Counted from the first letter of the stretch, positions 46,526-56,756 are shown. The stretch is 64,000 bases of DNA from Deltaproteobacteria bacterium (GCA_040218735.1 JAVJQW010000042.1:32001-96000); one strand, 5' to 3'. Numbers and translations are program-made. Notes: a model not told the origin generated them from the sequence alone.

Positions 46526-48484
46526 ATGCAAGTTGGGGTGATTGGCTCGGGGTCCATCGGACCCGATCTCGCTTACGGATTTGTCTCTGCGATCGCGCGC
46601 CGCCCGGGCGCGAAGGTCTTCCTCGTCGACATTCGACAGGAGGCCCTCGACCAAGGGCTCGCGCGCATCGACAAGTACCTGGCGAAGGCACGCGACAAGG
46701 GGAAGCTCAACGAGAAGGCGGAGGCCGCCGTGCGTGCCGCGCTCGTACCGACGCTCTCGCTCGCAGATCTGAAGGACTGTGAGTACGTGCTCGAAGCGGC
46801 GAGTGAAGACCTCCCGATCAAGAAGAAGATCCTCGCCGACCTCGAAGAGGTCGTGTCGAAGGACTGCCTGATCGGCTTCGCGACGTCCGGCATCCCGCGC
46901 GCGCAGATCGCCGACGCGGCGAAGCACCCGGAGCGTTGTTTCGTGAACCACCCGTTCTACCCGGCGTGGCGTTCGCCGCCGGTCGAGGTCGTGTTGTCGG
47001 GTGACGACGCGCTCGGCGAGCGGATGATGAAGACGCTGAAGACGCTCGGGAAGGTCCCGGTGGTCACGAAGGACATCGAGTGCTTCGCGATCGACGACAT
47101 CTTCTGCAACTACGTCTCCGAGGCGGCGCGCATCGTCGCCGAGGGCGTCGCGACGCCCGCGCAGGTCGACGCGATCGTCAACGACGCGATCGGTGGCGGC
47201 GGTCCGCTCACCGTCATGGATCTCACGCGCGGGAACATGCTCGTCGTGAAGTGTCAGCGCCTCATGCAAAACGCGCCGCACGGGAACGACTGGTTCGCGC
47301 CGCCGAAGATCCTCGAGGAGACCGGCCGCTGGCACGACCGCGAGAACCCGGGCGATCGCAAGTACGACGACACACTCGCGGAGGCGGTCCTCAGCCGCAT
47401 CCTCGCGGTGCTCTTGGCTCGGACGTTCTTCGTCGCCGACGAGGGTGTGTGCTCGCACACCGAGCTGAACTGGATGTCGCGGATGGCGCTCGGGTTCAGC
47501 AAGGGCGTGCTGGAGATCGCGGATCAGGTCGGCGCCGAGAAGGTGCGGGAGCTGTGTGTCGCCTACAAGGCGAACAACCCCGGCTTCACGTTCACGCGGA
47601 GCATCAGCGACGCGACGTTCCCGAAGTACAAGGCAAACGTGCTCGTGGAGCGCGACGGGGACATCGGCACGGTGCGGGTGTTCCGGCCCGAGGTGATGAA
47701 CGCGCTGTCGAGCCGCACGATCGCGGAGATCGACGAGGCCTTCGACGAGCTGCTCGGTGACGACAAGATCAGGGGCGTGGTCTTCACCAGCTCGAACGGC
47801 GCGCTGGCGGGTGCGGACATCCGCGAGCTCGCTGCGCTCCCGACCGCCGAGGCGTGCACGGCGATCTGCATGACGACGCACCCGATCATGCGCAAGTTCG
47901 AGAAGGCCAAGAAACCCGTCGTCGCAGCGCTCGACGGCCCGGTGATGGGTGGCGGCGCGGAGTTCTCGATGGCGTGCCACGGGCGCGTGGTCGGCAAGTC
48001 GCTGATCATGAGCCAGCCCGAGGTGAACCTCGGCATCATCCCCGGCTACGGCGGGACGATGCGTCTGCCGCGGTTGGTGGGCGTCGAGCTCGCGGCGGAG
48101 CTGGTGCGCACGGGTCGCGTCGTGAAGGCGGACGAAGCTGCGCGCATCGGGTGGGCCACCGAGCAGACGGTCGGCGACGTGGAGGTCGCGGCGAAGCGTT
48201 TGATTCGTCGGCACCTCGAAGGCTCCGCGATCGTGGAGCCGGTGTCGGAGGCGCCGATGGAGATCGGTGAGCTGCCGAACGTCGAGCTCGGGCACCTATC
48301 CCGCGCGATCGACGCGGTGATCGTTCACGTCTTGCAAGACGGGTTGACGAAGTCACTCGACGAGGGGCTCGCGGTCGAGGCGGAAGCGTTCGGTCGCTGC
48401 CGCGACATCGAGGACATGCAGATCGGCATGCAGAACTTCATGAAGAACGGGCCGCGCGTGAAGGCTCAGTTCGTTCACCGCTGA
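46526..48484 (+). CDS. Bifunctional 3-hydroxyacyl-CoA dehydrogenase / enoyl-CoA hydratase (dehydrogenase first)
   Basis: GSGSIG Rossmann, EAASEDL..K, NHPF; C-terminal AGADI, GGGAE, QPEVNLGIIPGYGG. Confidence 0.92.
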   Translation: MQVGVIGSGSIGPDLAYGFVSAIARRPGAKVFLVDIRQEALDQGLARIDKYLAKARDKGKLNEKAEAAVRAALVPTLSLADLKDCEYVLEAASEDLPIKKKILADLEEVVSKDCLIGFATSGIPRAQIADAAKHPERCFVNHPFYPAWRSPPVEVVLSGDDALGERMMKTLKTLGKVPVVTKDIECFAIDDIFCNYVSEAARIVAEGVATPAQVDAIVNDAIGGGGPLTVMDLTRGNMLVVKCQRLMQNAPHGNDWFAPPKILEETGRWHDRENPGDRKYDDTLAEAVLSRILAVLLARTFFVADEGVCSHTELNWMSRMALGFSKGVLEIADQVGAEKVRELCVAYKANNPGFTFTRSISDATFPKYKANVLVERDGDIGTVRVFRPEVMNALSSRTIAEIDEAFDELLGDDKIRGVVFTSSNGALAGADIRELAALPTAEACTAICMTTHPIMRKFEKAKKPVVAALDGPVMGGGAEFSMACHGRVVGKSLIMSQPEVNLGIIPGYGGTMRLPRLVGVELAAELVRTGRVVKADEAARIGWATEQTVGDVEVAAKRLIRRHLEGSAIVEPVSEAPMEIGELPNVELGHLSRAIDAVIVHVLQDGLTKSLDEGLAVEAEAFGRCRDIEDMQIGMQNFMKNGPRVKAQFVHR

Positions 48485-48487
48485 GCC

Positions 48488-51085
48488 TCACGGGCCGAAC
48501 ATCCGGAACGCTGCCCAGTCCGAGTCCGGCGCTGCCTCGCGTGTCTGCTGTTGCGCAGCGCGGAATGCGGCGTCGAACGTCTCCTCTTCCTTCAAAGCTC
48601 GGTAGAACACACGCGCGAAGCGAACGGCGTCATCATCGGCGACCGGACGTACCGCTGCGACCACGCGCTGCGCTCCGCGGACCACGAACGCCTGCGCGGC
48701 GCCGAGCGTGAGGGTGGTCGCGAGTGGCTCGGAGCGCGCGAGATCACACCCCGCGAGGACGATGGTCTCGGGGACGCGCGGGAGGTGGAGGATGTCGCTC
48801 GTGGTGAGCTGGAGGTGCTCGGAGATCTTCAGCGCGCTCTCGATGCCGTCGGGGCCGGCGGACCTTCCGTGGCCGGCGAAGTGGAAGTGTTCGGCCGTGG
48901 CGAGCGCGTCGTAGAGCGCCGACGGCGTGGCACCGGCGGATGAAGTCTCGAGCGCGGCACGTACTGCGGCCTCCTCGGCGTCGGCGTTGCGGAGGGTGCC
49001 GGTGCGGTCGCGGGCGATGAGCGCGCGACGCGGTGTGGGTGCGTTGCCGGCGACGGCGAGGTCCAAGGCGTAGCGCACCGACTTCGTCTCGCCGAGGGGG
49101 TGCCCGTCCAGGTCGAGGGCGTGGAAATCCACATCCTCGAGCGCCCCGGGCGCGACGAACACGACGTGTGCGTTCGCGCGGAGCAGCGGCGCGAACCGCT
49201 TCACGATGTCCGCGGGCGTCTGGACCCGCTCGATTCGCGTCTGTTCTGCAGTGAGCGCAAAGGCCGCCCAGGTCTCCGTGTCGAGCGGGTGCAGCACGAG
49301 CATCACCTCGTCCGTCGCCGGACGGCGCGGCTCGGTGTTCGTCGCCGTGATCAGCTTCGCGTCGAGAGTGTCCCGGAGTGACGCGCGGATCGAAGCCATC
49401 TGGTCGTGCAGCGCGCTCGACTCCTCCTCCGCGAGTCGCCACGACGAACCCGATTCCCCCTGCAAGCTGCGTTGACGCCGCTGATAGTCCGCGAGTAGAG
49501 CCTCCCACCGCGATCGGCTCTCGGAGTCCAGGGCCGCGAGCCGCGAAGCCCGCACCAGGTTGTCGACGTTGCGCCGCAGGCTCCGCCGCGCGACCAGCGC
49601 CGCCTCCTCCTTTCGCTCGAGACGAAGCAGTACGTTCAAGAGTCGAAGTGTCCCGGGGCTCCGCGCGTCGGCGAAGCTCGCGCGTCCCTCGCCGAACGGC
49701 ACGAGCGCGAGCTGACGATCCACGCTGCGCTCGGCCGCGCGGTACGCCTCGGCAGCTTCCTCCCAGCGCTCGGTGATCTCCAGCGCTCGCCCGCGCCCGA
49801 GCGCGGCGCGCCAGCGCGCCTGTTCGTCGGCGCGCGCGACGCCGAACGCATCGAGCCTCGCGAACGCCGAGAGCGCCTCGTCGTGTCGACCGCGCAGGCG
49901 CGCGATGTGCCCGCGAAGCTCCATCCGCCACGCCCGCGTGCGCGCGTCGTCGCCCGTGAGCTCGGCCTCGGCGCGGAGCAGCTCGGCCTCGGCCTCGTCG
50001 GCGCGGCGGAGCTCGACGTGGAGGAACGCCAGGTTGAGACGGATGAACGGAGCGACCTGGGAGCCGCAAGCCGGCGCGTCCTCGAGTGCGGCCGCGAACA
50101 GCTGCTCGATGGCGGAGACTTCCAAGAGCGGGCGCTGAGCCTCGGCGGCGATCATCGCGGTCCAGGCACGTTGGTTGGCGAACATGGCGCGCTGGCAGGG
50201 GGCGTCTTCGGGGAGCGTACGGTTCAGCAATGACGCGGCGTCTTCGAAGCGCCCGACGCTACGAAGGAGGCGCGCCTTCTGTTCGACGGCAAGGAGAAGG
50301 ACGTCGTGAAGCCCAAGGCGTCGCAAGCGAGTGATGGACCGGTCGAAGTACTGGAGCGCGAGGCGTACGTTGAATGTCTCCAACGCCAGCATGCCCTCGT
50401 AGTACGGCCAGAGCGCCTCATGTGTCGGGCTGTACTTCGTGCAGCTCTGGCCTCCGTCCAGCGCCGCATTCGCCATTCGCGTGCGCAGGCCCTCCTTGGC
50501 GAAGTACGCCCAGGCTAAACGAACATCGCAGGCCTCCGACAGCCAGCCCTGCATCTCGAGATCGACCACGGCGCTCTCGAAGATGTGCGCTGCGGCGCCG
50601 ATCCCACGGGTTGCCGCCACGATTCGAGCCCGTACTCCCACGGCCCTCTCCCTGAGCTTAGGAGGGAGCGCGTCGATCTCGGCGAGCGCCCGTTCTGGAG
50701 CCGAACGTCGGAGGTGGTCGATGCGTTCGAGCTCAGTGGGTTCGAGCTGACCGATCTCGAGGGCCCACAACTGTGAGCTCTTCACCTCGAGCCTCCTCGA
50801 ACTCACTCCGACGAGGACCGTGTACTGCGCACCACCGGCGAGCCTCGTCGACGGAGCCTCCACCGGCTCGCCATTCAACGAAATCGTGACGGACGCGCCG
50901 AGCTCGTCGGGCACCCAGAGCGTGAGCGTACTGGTCCGAGACAGCAGACAAACCGGTCCCGAACGCACGGACTGACAGCCTGTCCACGCGATGTCAGCCG
51001 GTGGCGCCGTCTCGCGAAGCGCAAGCCACGACGCCCCCGCGGTGAGCACGCACGCGCCGACGAGCGCGATGACTGCGCGCTTCAT
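48488..51085 (-). CDS. Exported TPR-CHAT (caspase-like) protease
   Basis: N-terminal hydrophobic signal, TPR-like helices, HFAGHG and VLAGC dyad, DWAAF terminus. Confidence 0.9.
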   Translation of the reverse strand: MKRAVIALVGACVLTAGASWLALRETAPPADIAWTGCQSVRSGPVCLLSRTSTLTLWVPDELGASVTISLNGEPVEAPSTRLAGGAQYTVLVGVSSRRLEVKSSQLWALEIGQLEPTELERIDHLRRSAPERALAEIDALPPKLRERAVGVRARIVAATRGIGAAAHIFESAVVDLEMQGWLSEACDVRLAWAYFAKEGLRTRMANAALDGGQSCTKYSPTHEALWPYYEGMLALETFNVRLALQYFDRSITRLRRLGLHDVLLLAVEQKARLLRSVGRFEDAASLLNRTLPEDAPCQRAMFANQRAWTAMIAAEAQRPLLEVSAIEQLFAAALEDAPACGSQVAPFIRLNLAFLHVELRRADEAEAELLRAEAELTGDDARTRAWRMELRGHIARLRGRHDEALSAFARLDAFGVARADEQARWRAALGRGRALEITERWEEAAEAYRAAERSVDRQLALVPFGEGRASFADARSPGTLRLLNVLLRLERKEEAALVARRSLRRNVDNLVRASRLAALDSESRSRWEALLADYQRRQRSLQGESGSSWRLAEEESSALHDQMASIRASLRDTLDAKLITATNTEPRRPATDEVMLVLHPLDTETWAAFALTAEQTRIERVQTPADIVKRFAPLLRANAHVVFVAPGALEDVDFHALDLDGHPLGETKSVRYALDLAVAGNAPTPRRALIARDRTGTLRNADAEEAAVRAALETSSAGATPSALYDALATAEHFHFAGHGRSAGPDGIESALKISEHLQLTTSDILHLPRVPETIVLAGCDLARSEPLATTLTLGAAQAFVVRGAQRVVAAVRPVADDDAVRFARVFYRALKEEETFDAAFRAAQQQTREAAPDSDWAAFRMFGP

Positions 51086-51168
51086 GCGCGCGTGCCGAGC
51101 GCATCGAAGCTCTGGTCGCGGGGCACGACCGGAGGGTCGGGCGCGCCATGCGTGGAGTCAACTCGAGG

Positions 51169-53085
51169 TCAGGGCAAGCGGATGTCACCCAGCGGCTCGC
51201 GGATGGACTCACCGCGGTCGGTCGTGCCGGTGAGGTGCGCTTCGCGAATGTCAGCGCCAGGGTGCGGCAGCCCCGTGACCTCGTACCGTTTCCCGCCCAT
51301 GAGCGTCGCACCCGCCTCCCAGAGGTTGTATCGGAAATCACCAGACGCCGTGCGCAGAAGGACCGATGGCGTGTGGACCTCGGTCACGACGGCAGCATCG
51401 ATCTCGAGATAGACGGTCACCGTCGGCCCTTCGCGGTAGAAGCATTGGGGACACACCGTCGGATCCGGCTGCGGCACTACGTCCGGATGCGCCCACCCCG
51501 AGTACCCCTGCTTGTCCGGGCAGGGCGCCTCCGCCGGCTGCTCCATCCCCACCGGCCGAAACAGCACCGCGTCACACGCCCCCGCGCCCGTCGCGACCAA
51601 CGGCGGCATCGCGACCACGTAGTCCGGCGCCGGCAGGTAACTCGTCAGCACGTCGGGTCGCGCGTCCTCGTACGCACCCCGCGGCGCGCACGTCACCATC
51701 GGGCACTGCTCGAGCGGGCCGTCCGGCGTCATGCACACCGACTCCACCGCGCCGCACACCGAGACACGATGCACCATCGCGCACGTGCCCACGCACATCC
51801 CCGGGCTCGCGAAGTAGTTCAGGTCCACGCCGCTCGCGTAGACCGCGTCGGCGATCTCGACCGCCGGAACGTCCGGAACGAACGCCCACGCGAGCGCCGC
51901 CGCGGTCGACGCCACGCCCGCCGACACCGACGTCCCCGTCAGCATCCCCAACGCGGAGCCGCCCAGCGTGTGCGCCGTCCCGCGGAACCCCGGCGCCACC
52001 AACCGCGGCGTGCTCGCCGCGCGCCCGTTCGGAAGCGGCCAGTCCCGACCGTCCACACCGCCGACCGCCTCGACCAAACCGCCCGCCGCCGAGTACCCCG
52101 GCGCCGGGCCCTCCAGCTGATCACAACGGCCCACCGAAGGCCGCGCCTCGTCGTTCCACGCCGCTGGCAGGATCGCGCCGGTGTGATGCGAAGTCCCGCC
52201 GGACCAGTTTCCCGCCGCCGCGACCACCAGCGCGCCGTGGCACACCGCCTCTTCGATCGCGGTGTGCACCGCGCGCACCGGTGTCTCGCCGCCGGGCGCG
52301 CTCCCGAACGCCGGCAACCACCCGAGGCTCAGGTTGATCACCAAACGGTCCGCAGGGCTCGCGCGATCCGCGAGGTAGCGCTGCACCGCGCGGTGCGTCG
52401 CCGCCGCGAGATCACTTTGGTACCCGAAGTCCCCACCCGCAGCGGACTTCTTCCAGGTCGTCCCGTCGAAGCGCCACGGCAACGCCAGCTCGTGGTGCAC
52501 GTGCACATTGCAACCTGGCTTGCTCGGTCCATCCGGACACCCGACGCTCCGAGCGATGCGCCCCAGCACGTAGCCGTGTTCGCTGTTGCCCGGCATCGCT
52601 TCGCCGTCACCGACCGGCGACGGCGGCGAGCTGTCGACGATGCCCACCCACGTTCGTGAAGGCGCCGTCGCGACTGGGACGCCCGGATCGATCTGCCCGA
52701 GGAACGCGGAGTAGTGCGCGTTCCACATCGGCGTCGCGGCCGGGGTCACGACGAGGCAATCGGGATCCGCGGCACCGCCCGCGGGCACGAGCGAAGCCAC
52801 CGCCGCCGCCGAAGGCTCGCCGCTCCCCAGATACTCGTAACGACAGAACGCCATCAGCGCCGAGGCGGTCGCACCCGGAAACACGCGCGACTCCGCCCAA
52901 CCGCTCTTCGAGTCACACGCACCCCCCGGGTCGAACACGATGGTCCGCCGCGAAGAACAGAGCGCCCCCGGCGCCGGGAAGGGATCGAACACGATGCGCG
53001 CGGACTTCGTCGCCACCGGCTCGCCGGGGCTGCACCCGCCCATCGCGCCGACAACGAGGATCGCGGAGGTCAGATTTCGCATCAC
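51169..53085 (-). CDS. S8 subtilisin-like serine protease, Cys-rich lipoprotein
   Basis: VGIVDS, HG, VINLSLG, AAAGN, GTSVSA; lipobox-like MGGC. Confidence 0.88.
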   Translation of the reverse strand: MMRNLTSAILVVGAMGGCSPGEPVATKSARIVFDPFPAPGALCSSRRTIVFDPGGACDSKSGWAESRVFPGATASALMAFCRYEYLGSGEPSAAAVASLVPAGGAADPDCLVVTPAATPMWNAHYSAFLGQIDPGVPVATAPSRTWVGIVDSSPPSPVGDGEAMPGNSEHGYVLGRIARSVGCPDGPSKPGCNVHVHHELALPWRFDGTTWKKSAAGGDFGYQSDLAAATHRAVQRYLADRASPADRLVINLSLGWLPAFGSAPGGETPVRAVHTAIEEAVCHGALVVAAAGNWSGGTSHHTGAILPAAWNDEARPSVGRCDQLEGPAPGYSAAGGLVEAVGGVDGRDWPLPNGRAASTPRLVAPGFRGTAHTLGGSALGMLTGTSVSAGVASTAAALAWAFVPDVPAVEIADAVYASGVDLNYFASPGMCVGTCAMVHRVSVCGAVESVCMTPDGPLEQCPMVTCAPRGAYEDARPDVLTSYLPAPDYVVAMPPLVATGAGACDAVLFRPVGMEQPAEAPCPDKQGYSGWAHPDVVPQPDPTVCPQCFYREGPTVTVYLEIDAAVVTEVHTPSVLLRTASGDFRYNLWEAGATLMGGKRYEVTGLPHPGADIREAHLTGTTDRGESIREPLGDIRLP

Positions 53086-53139
53086 AGCGTTCGATACAAG
53101 GTGCCCTCCACGAATCTAACGTGACGCGATCGATCTTTT

Positions 53140-53823
53140 TCACTCGCGCGTTTGCACCGGCTGAACGACCCACCGCCACGCCGGATCGCGGCCTTGCACC
53201 TGCGCAACGTTGGGCGCCATCCCATCGCCGACCGCCGCCACGATCTGCGCAGCACCCCACGAACCGACCGTTCCGCTCGCCCGTACCGCGCCGGAAGCAT
53301 CGCGTTCCAAAGTCACGTCGACCGGCGTCACTGCGTCGCCCTTCACGACGAACAGCCACGCGTCGACCTCGCGGCCCACGCGCGTCGCGGGTCGTAACAG
53401 CATCGTGAACCGATCGCCGACGCGCGCCTCGATCGCGGCGTCCTCGGAGCGATACTCTACCGCGACCTGCACCCGCCCCGAGTAGTCCGGGAGCGGCGTG
53501 GGCTGCCCGAGCAGCAGGAACCCCGCGACCAAAGAAGCCGCGAGCGCCCCCGCGCCGCCGATCCACAACGCGCGCGTCGGCCGGATCGTGTGCACCTTCA
53601 TCGCCTGCTCGGCGCCGTCGGCGAGCTGCTCGAAGAAGGCGTCCGCCTTCGGCTCGCACAGCTCGACCACCCGCATCAGCGCCGGGTCTTGCTCTGCCGC
53701 GCGCATCAGCTCGGCGCGCTCGGGCTCCGAGAGCTCTCCGGCTGCGAGTCGGGCGAGCTGATCCACCTGTCGCTCGTCGCGAGCGACCTCGACGATCGCG
53801 TCCATCAACTCCGTCTCCTTCAT
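53140..53823 (-). CDS. Membrane-anchored anti-sigma-like protein
   Basis: Helical N-domain, TM ALWIGGAGALAASLVAGFLLL; ATGA-coupled to the sigma gene. Confidence 0.7.
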   Translation of the reverse strand: MKETELMDAIVEVARDERQVDQLARLAAGELSEPERAELMRAAEQDPALMRVVELCEPKADAFFEQLADGAEQAMKVHTIRPTRALWIGGAGALAASLVAGFLLLGQPTPLPDYSGRVQVAVEYRSEDAAIEARVGDRFTMLLRPATRVGREVDAWLFVVKGDAVTPVDVTLERDASGAVRASGTVGSWGAAQIVAAVGDGMAPNVAQVQGRDPAWRWVVQPVQTRE

Positions 53824-54503
53824 CGCTCCGACGCCTCCGGCATCTTGCGCTCATCTTCGCTGACAAGCTCGTCGAACAGCTCACGTGCCCGGTTCGCCAC
53901 GCGGTTTCGCCACGCGTACAGCGCCGACGGCTTCATCTCGAACGACGCCGCGACCTCCTGAAGCGGCACCTCCTCCAGGTACACCTGGTCGAACAACTCG
54001 CGTCCGCGCGGCGTGAGCCACACATCCAAACGCAGGCACAACTCCCGGAGCAGATCGCGGTACACCACGCGGCGCTCGCCGTCGGTCTGTACCGCGTACA
54101 CCTCGACGTCCTCCGTGGGGCGCTCCTTCTCGTTGCGCGGCGTGCGGCGTGCGCTCACCAGGACGTTCGAAACCTCCCGCTCCGCCACCATCCCGGCGAA
54201 GCTCTCCAGCGACAACCCACGCGACGGATCCCACGCGCGGAGCGCTCGCCCGTCGTTGGTGAAGAGCCGCACGAAGACCTCCTGCGTCAGGTCGTCCACG
54301 TCGGCGCGGAGCTCTCGCGAACGTCCCGAGCTCCGTTTCGCGAGCGCCCGCGCGACCCGGACCTGAATCGTCGGGGTCAGCCGACGCGCCAGCTCGACGA
54401 GCGCGCGACGATCCTTGGAGAGCGCCCGTTCGACGAGCTCGCGCTCGGCGTCCGGAGTCTGGGGCGCGACGTCAGCCACTTCGACATGACCTACAACGAA
54501 CAC
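53820..54503 (-). CDS. ECF sigma factor
   Basis: DVDDLTQEVFVRLF..LRAWDPSRG; region 4 EVAASFEM..ALYAWRNR; start uncertain. Confidence 0.85.
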   Translation of the reverse strand: MFVVGHVEVADVAPQTPDAERELVERALSKDRRALVELARRLTPTIQVRVARALAKRSSGRSRELRADVDDLTQEVFVRLFTNDGRALRAWDPSRGLSLESFAGMVAEREVSNVLVSARRTPRNEKERPTEDVEVYAVQTDGERRVVYRDLLRELCLRLDVWLTPRGRELFDQVYLEEVPLQEVAASFEMKPSALYAWRNRVANRARELFDELVSEDERKMPEASER

Positions 54504-54524
54504 GCCCCAGATCTCACGCGCGAC

Positions 54525-56756
54525 CTACAAACAAGTCCCCGGGCCGCTCGGCGCGCCCGCCGGTGCCGGCGTCACGGCCGTGCCTGGCTCGAACAGCGTC
54601 GCGCTCGCGTCGCAGACGCCGAATCCGATGTTCTCCTGCACCCACGCCTCGCCGAACACTTCGCCGCAGATCGCTACGACGCCCGCGAGCTCGTTGCCGA
54701 ACGCCGGGTCGTTCTCGACCACCCGGGCGATGACGTTCCGCGTCGCGTGGTTCTGCTCCTGCGAGACCGGCTGGCAAAGGAAGTCGAGGAACGCATCGAT
54801 GCACTGCGCTTCGGCTTCGTTCGAAGCGAACGTCTCGAGCGCCTCCGAGCGATCCTCACACGCGCCTTCGATCTCCATGTCGCCGTACACGCAGATCTCT
54901 GCGCTGGGCGTCGAACCCGGATCGAACGACGGCTCACACGGCGGCGGCGTCTCGGGCAGCTCGGGGACCTCACCCTCGATGCAGGACTGCACCGTGCTCG
55001 GGAAGCTCGCGAACTCCGGGTGCCCGGGGAAGTGCGAGAGCACGTCGGGTTGGCTCGTCACGTCGCCGCTGCGCGCGCTCGTCCCGATGCGCAATCGATT
55101 CGCCTCGGGCCAAGGGTCGTCTTCGTAGCTCGCGAGCGACGTGGTGTAGTCGTAGATGACGAAGTCCCACGAGGCGAACAGCACCTTGGCGTGCACCCAC
55201 GCTTTCGACGCGAAGCTCAGGTCCGCCTCCATGTGCGGCGTTACGACAAGACCGGTGGTCGGCTCGAAGTCGGGCCGCAACGAAGCGCGCTCCGCGTCGC
55301 GGACGTCGTGCACCATCTGGCCGGTGCCCTCCAGGCCGCCCTGGATGTTGAACTGAAGTGCGAGGAGTCCGACGTCGATGCCCGCGCTCCCGAGCAGCGC
55401 GCCCGACATCGTCATTCCGGCTCGCGACGTCCGGCCGTAGTCGGCGTCCTGGATGGCCCGGGTGAGGAACGGATCGTTCGGCGCGAGGAAGTCGCCCACG
55501 CCGTTCGCGTTCACGAAGATCGGCGAAGTTCCGGGCACCGTGCTCGCGAGGCTCCACGTTCCATCGTAGTACCCGGCGGTTCCGTAGGTCTCCCACGTGT
55601 AGGGCGGCGTTCCGGCGCGCGGGGGCGAGAACGTCGGCGGCGGCGAAGCGAGCACGGCGTCGGTGATGGGTTTGCCGTCGCCCGCGAACATCTCGAGCCC
55701 GAGCTGGAGCTGCGCCTTGAACACGAAGATGTCGAAGAGCGGGATCGGCGGGAAGGTCCCCTCCGCGTTCCACTGAGAAGAAACGACGTCCTCCCCGAAC
55801 GTCACCGTGTGGTGCGTCTTGGCGTAGATCGGCTCTTCGCTGTTCACCTCGAGCTGCTCGGAGGCGTTCTCAACCTCGGTGTCACCGACCACGAAAGTCA
55901 CGGGCGTACGAACCTCCGGGAAGCTCGGGATGCCGAGCCCGCGAATCGGCGAAAAGCGCGTACCGAGCGACAGCGGAACGGCGAACGCCTGCGCGCCGTC
56001 GACGTTGGCCGTGTCGAGGAACCGCTCGGGGGGGTGCACCACGGCGGTCGGCTCGATCACCATGAAGTCGATGCGCTGCCCGAAGATGTCGAGCCCGCCG
56101 GCGGAGCGTGAGCCCATCGTCACGCCGCTGCCCGGCTGGTTCATGACGGCTTCACGCGCCGCGCAGTACAGACGTGCACCGCGCATCCGCAGCTCGTCGA
56201 AGTGCTCGGGGTCGGGGTAGGGCGTCGTCGTGAGCGGGCAGTTCGGATACTGCGGACAAGTCTCCGTGTCCGACGACTGCCAGCGCGCCTGCACGGGCTC
56301 GTACCCCGCGTGAGCCGTCGTTCGCGTGACACTCGCCGAGCCGCCGAGGCCCGAGAACATTGCGGAGATCGCGGCGGTGCTGATCTCCGACTCACGGTTC
56401 TCGGCCATCGTCTGCGCCGACGAGAGCAGCGGATCGAGCGCCGGCTGCGCCGAGAACGGATCCGAAGTCACCGCCGCTCGCCACGTCGCGGCGTTCGACG
56501 AGGGGTTGTTGTTGAGGTCGAAGCCGTTGGTGTAGACCCCGCCGGGAACGTCCGGCGGGAACGCGCCGCCGCCCAGGACGAGGTTCGACAACGGTGGGAT
56601 CGTCCCGGACGTGCTCGGGCCTGCGGGTGTATTGAATAGATTGACGACGCGATCCCTTGCGTCGGCGACGACGTCTTCGGCGGCGCTACATCCTGCGAGG
56701 ACGAACAGGGTCGTGGCCGCGCCGAACGGGCGCAGCCGCTTTGAGAAAGCACTCAT
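54525..56756 (-). CDS. Large Cys-rich secreted lipoprotein of unknown function
   Basis: Lipobox FVLAGC, GGAG RBS; long beta-rich body. Confidence 0.75.
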   Translation of the reverse strand: MSAFSKRLRPFGAATTLFVLAGCSAAEDVVADARDRVVNLFNTPAGPSTSGTIPPLSNLVLGGGAFPPDVPGGVYTNGFDLNNNPSSNAATWRAAVTSDPFSAQPALDPLLSSAQTMAENRESEISTAAISAMFSGLGGSASVTRTTAHAGYEPVQARWQSSDTETCPQYPNCPLTTTPYPDPEHFDELRMRGARLYCAAREAVMNQPGSGVTMGSRSAGGLDIFGQRIDFMVIEPTAVVHPPERFLDTANVDGAQAFAVPLSLGTRFSPIRGLGIPSFPEVRTPVTFVVGDTEVENASEQLEVNSEEPIYAKTHHTVTFGEDVVSSQWNAEGTFPPIPLFDIFVFKAQLQLGLEMFAGDGKPITDAVLASPPPTFSPPRAGTPPYTWETYGTAGYYDGTWSLASTVPGTSPIFVNANGVGDFLAPNDPFLTRAIQDADYGRTSRAGMTMSGALLGSAGIDVGLLALQFNIQGGLEGTGQMVHDVRDAERASLRPDFEPTTGLVVTPHMEADLSFASKAWVHAKVLFASWDFVIYDYTTSLASYEDDPWPEANRLRIGTSARSGDVTSQPDVLSHFPGHPEFASFPSTVQSCIEGEVPELPETPPPCEPSFDPGSTPSAEICVYGDMEIEGACEDRSEALETFASNEAEAQCIDAFLDFLCQPVSQEQNHATRNVIARVVENDPAFGNELAGVVAICGEVFGEAWVQENIGFGVCDASATLFEPGTAVTPAPAGAPSGPGTCL

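Noticed and set aside
45701-48295. 864-aa antisense ORF
   Set aside because: Shadow of phaC and the FadB-like gene, typical of high-GC DNA.
48488-51085. Craspase or gasdermin defence system
   Set aside because: No Cas7-11, CRISPR array or gasdermin-like neighbour was recognised, and the protease appears to be exported.
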